Assembly (NCBI GenBank): GCA_950097015.1
Contig: CATNEN010000039.1
Location: forward strand, 20,522,001 to 20,586,000
DNA length: 64,000 bases
Direction: 5' to 3'
Source of the DNA: Macrostomum hystrix
Taxonomy: Eukaryota; Animalia; Platyhelminthes
Every line of letters starts with the position of its first letter. Positions within the stretch are counted from its first letter, which is position 1. The notes under the pieces are model-generated. The model saw only the letters and a list, made by a program, of their open reading frames with translations, had not been told where the DNA came from and did not search any database. A program made the translations under genes and the position numbers. Shown here one piece after another: positions 63,209-64,000 of the stretch.

Positions 63209-64000
63209 ATGTCATTTCATGGACAGAGTGGTGTTGTTGTTGTAAACAACAAGGTAATTATCAATTAATTAGTTAGGCACTTAATTAGTGCCTCAATGAT
63301 GTGATGAAATTATGCATTAACACATTGATTTTTGTTATAAGCATTTGTGTTGCAATATAAAACTTATTTCTAATTTGTAGACCTATGACTTGGATAAGCT
63401 TAGTCCAGAGGAGCGCCATAGGTAAGCATCTAAAAATTTTACTGATTAAAATATGTAGTATATCTTTATGTGTTTAAAACATTCATGCTAGAATTCAAAC
63501 GTTCACCCTGCTATACTTTTAGTAGCACCATTCGGTGTAAGATTGTACTGCAATAGAAACGAAATTTACATTTTACACAACTGCTTGCTGTGATCGCACT
63601 CTAGTCAGTTTTATTAGCCCATAGTTTCTCACCTGACAGTTTTATTGGCCCATTGTTCTCACACCTGACAGTTTTATTGGCCCATAGTTTCTCACACCTG
63701 ATAGTTTTATTAGCCCATAGTTTCTCACAACTGACAGTGTTAAAGATCGAGAAACATTAACGACATCCTCCTCGCCAGGATTGAGCACCTGGTGCTGCAC
63801 GAGAAGCACCGTGGTCACGAGTCTATGCACATGGAGATGTTTTTCATCCTATTAGCCACTCTGGTTGTGGCCCAGATACTTTTAGTGCAATGGCGCAAGC
63901 ACTATTTTCAGTCTTACCAGACTGCCACCCTGCTCGGTATGTGGATTGTGCCAGTATTTCTCTGCCTAAAACTGGCCTGGCATCGCTTCCTAGTGGTGTG
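63209..64000 (+). CDS. RNF121: RING finger protein 121/175-like membrane E3 ligase, 5' part (truncated by window end)
   Basis: Exons 63209-63253, 63381-63421, 63779->64000, in phase: DLDKLSPEERHRIEHLVLHEKHRGHESMHMEMFFILLATLVVAQILLVQWRKHY…MWIVP…WHRFLVV, matching the RNF121 N-terminus. Confidence 0.9.
63608..63740. repeat. Short tandem repeat, ~33-bp unit TTTTATTAGCCCATAGTTTCTCACACCTGACAG (4 copies) in RNF121 intron 2
   Basis: Visible period 31-33. Confidence 0.88.

Overview
This is eukaryotic (metazoan) genomic DNA with GT-AG introns. Paramyosin, a lectin-bearing contactin, poly-Q/poly-A-rich GC-biased exons and minisatellite-filled introns suggest a lophotrochozoan, most likely a free-living flatworm such as Macrostomum (inference, not verified). 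Seven protein-coding genes can be reconstructed by hand with in-phase splice junctions: shugoshin (+, single exon), MKK4/MAP2K4 (+, 3 exons), a stand-alone ATRX-type ADD-domain protein with no helicase (+, 3 exons), paramyosin (-, 10 exons), TRIM37 (-, 7 exons), contactin (+, 10 exons) and the 5' part of RNF121 (+, runs off the window). Roughly a third of the window consists of about 25 different tandem arrays (units 12-235 bp), nearly all unique to one intron or spacer. Mobile DNA includes hAT-type and MULE-type MITEs with exact TSDs (some carrying an internal satellite), two tRNA-derived SINE families, and an internally deleted RTE-like LINE with a TSD and (TTG)n tail. The most interesting signals are: (i) sharply bounded CpG-depleted zones, mostly rich in TAGGCCTA, just downstream of putative promoters; (ii) a candidate trans-spliced operon Sgo-MKK4-ADD; (iii) the helicase-less ADD protein; (iv) arrays made of decoy 3' splice sites; (v) hidden alternative C-terminal exons of paramyosin. 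Most long ORFs in the supplied track that fall within arrays are repeat artefacts.
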